The translations under genes and the position numbers were made by a program. 64,000 nucleotides of DNA from the human T2T-CHM13v2.0 reference genome, Homo sapiens, in NCBI RefSeq assembly GCF_009914755.1, contig NC_060926.1; one strand, 5' to 3'. How positions within the stretch are numbered: position 1 is the stretch's first letter; each line of letters opens with the position of its first letter. The notes beneath the pieces are model-generated. The model saw only the letters and a program-made list of their open reading frames with translations. It made no database searches and was not told the DNA's origin. Shown here one piece after another: positions 56,454 through 64,000 of the stretch.

Positions 56454-58435
56454 TAGTGTAGTATTTTTAAATTTTACTTAATGCTGAGCCATTTTCAAAT
56501 AACCTCATCACATTGATTATGACCTCATGCAAGAACCATCTGTTCTATCTTTCAGTGTAGTTGTACTTTAATATCTTAGAAGCTATTGCATTCTGTCCTT
56601 TTTTGGAATGTTTTATGCTTTTACAGTCTTAACCATTGCTTCTTAATATCACTTCCGCGGAACAGCTGGTGCAAAGAACATGTGATAAGGAATGGAAAAC
56701 AATTGATGATGGAAACAGAGATTTGGAGTTAATTGCGTTCTTAAAATATTATGATGTTCTTTCTAATAAAATGTACATTTCACATAATTTTCCTCTTTCA
56801 GAACTAACCATGGTTAATCATTCTTTAAACCAGGTTTGTTTCCGACAAAAGAAATGAAATAATAAAAACTAAATTCTAACTGTAGTAATCATGTGATATT
56901 AAAGATATTATTTATGGGGTTAAAAGCCCTCTTTATCTTGCTTAGGGGTTTCCAATAATCGAATCAGTGCTGGACTTTTTTTTTTTTTTTTTAGGCATGG
57001 CTGCCCCCTGTTAATAATATATTTAATTAACAGCTTTACACAATGATCTTAATATACTTGAAATACTTAGAGGACTGCAGTTTATAAAATCAAGAGTCTA
57101 CCTTATTGCTGTTTTATTTTTTTTTTTACCATAACCCTCAGAAGGAATACAGTTAACATCACAGTCCTATATATAAATGTGTGTTTATGTGTGCCATCAT
57201 AAACATCACTGCACTAGGTGGCAATCTTCACTACTATTCATTTGTGTATGTGTAGTCAACCTACGAAAGGAATCATTAGAAACAGGGTAGGAATGTTGAA
57301 CCTTAGAACCGGAAGTTGCCAGAGAAAATATGTGCCCTGGCCAACTCCACAGGACTAGTTCTAGGCAATCTGAAGGAAACCAGAAAATGTGAATTTCTCT
57401 TCCCTCAAAAAGCTATACTGAAGTAGTATTTAATATTCAAGTACTTGTAAATTTGCAGAACAGTACTTTTTAATTTGACCCATGAATTCTATTTAAATTT
57501 GTCACTTAATATTTAGCCAAGAAGCAAACCATCTAAAAAGATTTCTGGTTTATTTCTCCAACTCCTAATAAATAGGGTCACATATTTTTTAACTTTTTTC
57601 TAATTTGAAAAGTAATACAGGCATATGGTATTTTAAAAATGAAACAACACAAAGGGATATGTTTTGAAAAGTGGTTCTTGCCATCCCTGAACTGTAATCA
57701 TCCCTAACATATTCATACCTGTTTTCATTTTAAAAGTTGGGTCAGTTTTTTTATTAGTACATGTATTTCTATCCTACTGATTTATTTGCTATATCATCTA
57801 ATTTAGTTTGAATATTCCATAATTTACTTAATTAGTCCTGTATGGAGACCTAGCTCTTCTCAGTGTCTACTATTATAAACAATGCTACAGTGAATATTGT
57901 TGTATAAATCCATACACACCACGTAACATATCTTAAGTTCCTGGAAGAGATATTGCTAAACCAGAAGATAACCTGCATTTAAAATTTTGACTGCTAGGGT
58001 CAGGGTCACATTTAAATTAAATTAGAACAAAGGAATTGCATAATTGTCTTCGATAGCAATCTATTCCAGTGTGCACCGTGAGTCACAAAGGAAAGCAAAA
58101 CTGTCAATAACTTTCTTCTCAGACTTTTGGTTTAATGTGTTCTGATGGGTTAATAATTTGTCTCATTTCTCTTCATAATAATGACTTTGAGAATATTTGT
58201 ACTGCACTCTTTTTCCAGAATTAACCACAACTTTTCACAGTAACTGAATTAATGCCACAATGGTACATTCAACCAGTGGGGCTTCAGGATGTGAAATAGA
58301 CAATATTCTGGGCCACTGTTACTACCAAATACTTTCTTTACCTTTAAGTCTGTATATTTTTATCTGTAAAGTGACATCCATAGATGTCACTGTACACTTC
58401 ATAGAAATGAGTACACAGAATAATACTCATGGCAG

Positions 58436-58599
<164 letters not shown>

Positions 58600-59672
58600 G
58601 AATAATACTTATGGCAGCACTGGCCACACTATAAAATTCAGGTTCAGAAAAACAGGGTAAGTCACAGACAGCAACGCTTCCAGCATTTATTTTCTTTGCA
58701 CCCATGGGCAATTTGAGAAAATTTACCTTTAGAACGAACTCTGTTAAAGGTACAGACAATACAGTACTTTTTATTCAGAAGGTTTCTGCATAAAGGTGAT
58801 AGTCTTTTGACTTAATATATTATTGTCTCCTGCCTTGTGTTTCTGGAATGAATGAAGGTCATTATTTAGAGGATAATCTGGGTTGTATTTGTGTCGTCAG
58901 ATTGAATTTTCATTGCACATGCTACTTAATGTCTTTACCAAATAATAACAAAGGGAAAGAAAACCAAATATAGATGTATAATAAGGAAAAGCTGGCCTAT
59001 AGAAAATACCAAACCAGATAATAGTAGCAAAGTTTAAGCCAATTTTGTTTTTAAAATGTCATGTACGTGGAAAAAGGTTTAACTTTAGTTTTCTTTGGGT
59101 GGTGGTTAAAAGTTATAAGTGATTAAAAGTTTTTTTCTTTTTCTACAATGAACATTATGTGACCTTGCAATTTAAAAAGCCAACGCCCTTTTAAGAAAGT
59201 TATGTCCATCAGTATTCCTCTAACTTCATTTTCTCTCGTTTCTTCTTCCCTCACTTTTCTAAGTTTTCCTTTATTAACCCCATTTTTCTTTAGTTTGTTT
59301 GCATGCTTCCTTGCTTTTCTTTTTTTTTTTCCTGGGTATGATAGAGAATTAGTCCCATTCTCTAAGTATGTAAATCAAGGAGTGAATTTTCAAGTAGACA
59401 AAAATGATTTACAGCATCCTTGCATTCGCTACCGATCTCTGCTTTTGTTAGCTCTTGTTTTTAGCTGGGAAAAAGCCAATTACCGCCATTTTAACGTTTC
59501 AGGTGTTCTTAATTCATTTTGAAACGCTGACTGATGAAAAAAATAAGGAATATCCTCTATGAATTATCCTGAACTGGCTTATAATATATTGTTTGAATTC
59601 CTGTTATGAGCTTCTGTTTCTTTAACAATATTTTGTAAAGTGTGTTTCACATAACAGCAGATAATCACCAGA

Positions 59673-59833
59673 ATGGGAGTGAATGACTTGTGGCAAATTT
59701 TGGAGCCTGTTAAGCAACACATCCCCTTGCGTAATCTTGGTGGGAAAACCATTGCAGTTGATCTGAGTCTCTGGGTGTGTGAGGCACAGACAGTCAAAAA
59801 AATGATGGGCAGCGTCATGAAGCCCCACCTCAG
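59673..59833 (+). CDS. GEN1: GEN1 first coding exon (aa 1-54), XPG N-terminal nuclease domain; exon starts 59658 or 59661
   Basis: MGVNDLWQILEPVKQHIPLRNLGGKTIAVDLSLWVCEAQTVKKMMGSVMKPHL: Rad2/XPG MGV..LW and AVD (D30) motifs; strong Kozak agaATGG; donor CAG|gtatag. Confidence 0.96.
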
Positions 59834-60368
59834 GTATAGTAAAAGCTCTTACAGTATAAATGTATGATGTATAAACAGTCTTGGTATCTTGATTTTGTTT
59901 CACCTTTTTTTTTCTTTTGTTGTTGTTATTCTTTTACATTTTGAGGTTTTAAGATCTATTTAACATGTCTAGATTCACCATCTTTATATTAAGGACTCAC
60001 ATTCGTACCTCTTACCCTTTGAGCTCCAGACTCACATAGCTATCTCCTACTTAACGTATCCACTAGGATGCTTCAGATACTAAAAGCCGGAGATTTGGGA
60101 GACATTTTCTCCCTATTTTACTTCTCTCCACATCTAATCCGTCAGTAAGTCTTGCCAGTTCTACCTCCAAAATATACTTTGTGTTCACAAACTTATCTCA
60201 GTGTCCAGAGGCACCACCTCAGTCTATGCCAACCTCATCTCTCATCTATACTCCTGAAGTGCCATCTTCACTAGTTTCTTGCTCTTGGCCTCCCCTACCC
60301 CAGACTATTTTCCACATAGCAATTAGAATAATCATAAATCTTTCTTGCTTAAAAATATTCAGTGGTTT

Positions 60369-60970
<602 letters not shown>

Positions 60971-61124
60971 TTCAGTGGTTTTCCACTCTAATTAAAGCTT
61001 AAGTAAAATGTTATTACATTAACGTTTTTGATACTAGTCTAATGTTCTTGCCTTTGTGTTATACTATTTTGACTTTTACTATCAGTGTTTGATGATTAAT
61101 GTATTACTAATTTATATATTTCAG

Positions 61125-61311
61125 GAACTTATTTTTTCGTATCTCATATTTAACACAAATGGATGTAAAACTGGTATTTGTTATGGAAGGGGAACCACCA
61201 AAGCTGAAAGCTGATGTCATAAGCAAGAGGAATCAGTCTCGGTATGGGTCTTCTGGAAAATCGTGGTCTCAGAAAACAGGGAGATCACATTTTAAATCAG
61301 TCTTAAGAGAG
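61125..61311 (+). CDS. GEN1: GEN1 second coding exon (aa 54-116)
   Basis: branch-like TACTAAT 61105, ttcag|G AAC...GAG|gtgagc; 187 nt; NLFFRISYLTQMDVKLVFVMEGEPPKLKADVISKRNQSRYGSSGKSWSQKTGRSHFKSVLRE (E75 in FVMEG). Confidence 0.96.
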
Positions 61312-61889
61312 GTGAGCATTCAGATTTGATTCAGTAATTCCGATTTGAATTAAAGGGTGCATTTTACTCTTAATAGTTTGTCATCTTTAATACTTATTAA
61401 TTTTATTGTGACTAGCAGGGATGTGCCTAGAGAAAAGAGTTTATTTTTTAGAGTGAAATTGACCTGAGTTTCATTCTTGGCACTGGTATGTAGAAACTCT
61501 GAGACACTGAGCAAAATTTGTAACCTATCTCTACCTTGTATGTTACCTTGTGAAATGACAACAGTAATACTCAGCAGGGATGTGATAAAAATAAGAGAAA
61601 GTATATCTAAAGCAACTAGTACATGGTAGGAACTTGATCATATTACCTTTTATAACACCTTCAGGACTTAAAGAAGTCCCAGAATACATGAGATCTCATT
61701 AATTCGTACTTCACTCATTCAGAATTCATGATAGTTCATATACAGAATATATATTTGGCTTCCCTTAGGGCTTGTAATTTTAAAAACTGTCGTTACATTA
61801 TAATATATTATTTATATGTTACTTTAATATTGCTATATTTTATATTTGTATGAAACTTAAGAAAGAAATCATCTATAGTATATAATTAA

Positions 61890-62235
<346 letters not shown>

Positions 62236-64000
62236 TTTTTTGTCTGTTTTCAAATGTGTGTATTTTTAAAGAGTTGTAGTAGTACACATGATTTTTAACC
62301 TAGCCTTTTCACTTAATGCTTCATGTTGTCATATTTCCCTTTTGTCACATTCTAATCAAAATCATAACTTGTAGTGGTTGTGCAACATGTATGAAGCTAT
62401 GAATCATACCCCTGATTGTATATGTTATTTACTTTTTTAGTTTTTCTCTACTATACATGGAAGTGTGATTAACATTTTTTGTGTATATAATGTTTTCTTG
62501 TGATTTGAAATTTTAGATAAAATTACCCAATGTTGGATTGATGGGTCAAAGTTTTGGAATGATTTTATTGCTCTTGCTGATTAATTTCTGCTAATGCAGA
62601 TGTCAGAGAAGCAGTGTCGGTGCACTCACAAGAACATTGGATGTTAGGAGGCTTGTCTTTGTAATATTTAGTGTGCAACAACAAAGATATTTAATATGCA
62701 TTTGTCTTTTAATAGTAATGTTAAACATTTCATCTATTTTTAGTCTCCCTTTGGGTAATGGCTATCATCATGTCCTTTACCTACTTACCTCTTGAGGTTT
62801 TAATTTTTCTTTTGTGCAAGTTCTTTATGTATTAAGGATATAAGCTTCTATCATATTTGCTTTGAATTTGTTTTTCTTTTTAATTTTAGTTAAAAAATTA
62901 TGCCATTTTTCTCCTCTTCTGAAATTTTATTTTCTACTCACTTTTAAAAATAGTTTTCAATTAGTGAATATTCCACCCTAATGACTATCAGCAGTTGAAG
63001 AAAATATCTGTGCTAAGTTCTAATTACTTCTTGTATAATCAATTCCTGGAAATATTCATGGTCCTCAATCTTAGAGTGTTAAAGAACCAGCATAAAACAA
63101 AAAAAGAGATGTCCATCTCTTCTTAAGAAAATTGCTCCATTCCTGTTTCTTTATTGCTGCAGTAATTATGGTGTTCTTAGGCATTTTGTGTCAGTTCAGT
63201 ATTGCCTGTTAGTCATTTTTATATTTCTGTACTCTTCAGTTACTAGGCCCTGCTTCCTCCTAATCCACTGCTATCTTTTAGGTATTCGCATGAAAAGCAC
63301 AAATTAGTAGTCCTCCAATACCACCTCCACCCCACATGGTAGAGACATAGAGTGGGAAAAATTGCAACAGCCTTATAGGAAATTCTGTGCTGGTTCTTTG
63401 AAAAAATTTGAAGTGGCAAATAGTACAAGAAGTTGAAATAACTGTATTATGAAAGGCTATTTTTTACCTAGGGGTAAGGTCGAAGCAACACTGTCACAAA
63501 ACTGTCTCTCTAAAATCACGGGGCCAGCGTCCTGAAAAGTGATATTTTTCAACATAGTACTTTGACTTTTTGAACCTTGTCTGCCTTGGGCAACATCTGA
63601 CAGTGGTAGTTATTATGTAATGTGGCGTGGAAGTGATTAATCAAAGCAAGAAATGGTATTTATTCTGTCAGTCTCTAGAAACTACAAGTAAGTAGCCTTT
63701 TCTCCCCACCATACTCAGTAGTCCCTGATAGAGAATGATACATGACAAAAAAGAATGGCGTATTACAAGAAAGAATGAACTAGGCTATAAGGCCAGACTA
63801 CAAGCTACCCAGCGGGGTTAAATTCATAAACCAGAGGAAAGTCACAGCAAATTATTTGTGCATCAGCAAAATGATGTAATCATTCTGCACAAACATTTGA
63901 TTTCCTAGGAGGACACTGACAGCTGACTTCTCCGCAGTTTCCCACAATACGAGAGTTTCATTGTACAGGGAAGGCAAGATGAGAAAAAAATGCAAACATT

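Overview
Primate genomic DNA (human or a very close great ape; about 30 Alu copies or fragments, AT-rich introns, one CpG island) containing the head-to-head SMC6/GEN1 locus (human 2p24, from memory). Minus strand: SMC6, with two non-coding 5' exons and 19 coding exons. I spliced these by hand at GT-AG boundaries into one uninterrupted frame (codons 1-775: N-terminal ATPase head with Walker A and Q-loop, coiled coil, hinge, start of the return coil); the gene runs off the left edge. Plus strand: GEN1 Holliday-junction resolvase, with two candidate first exons and the first two coding exons (codons 1-116, XPG-N domain); it runs off the right edge. The genes share a CpG-island bidirectional promoter at about 52.9-54.4 kb. 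The rest is intronic repeat (Alu, L1M, L2, MIR, MaLR/ERVL LTRs, hAT and Tigger relics). I see no new gene family or multi-gene system. The best leads are regulatory: an in-frame SMC6 uORF filling 5'UTR exon 2, an overlapping uORF in one GEN1 isoform, a G-rich 18-bp tandem repeat at the promoter edge, candidate poison microexons, an unexplained 110-nt hairpin and a possible Alu 3' transduction. Coding-exon boundaries were counted base by base. Repeat boundaries and subfamily names are approximate and recognised from memory, not from a search.
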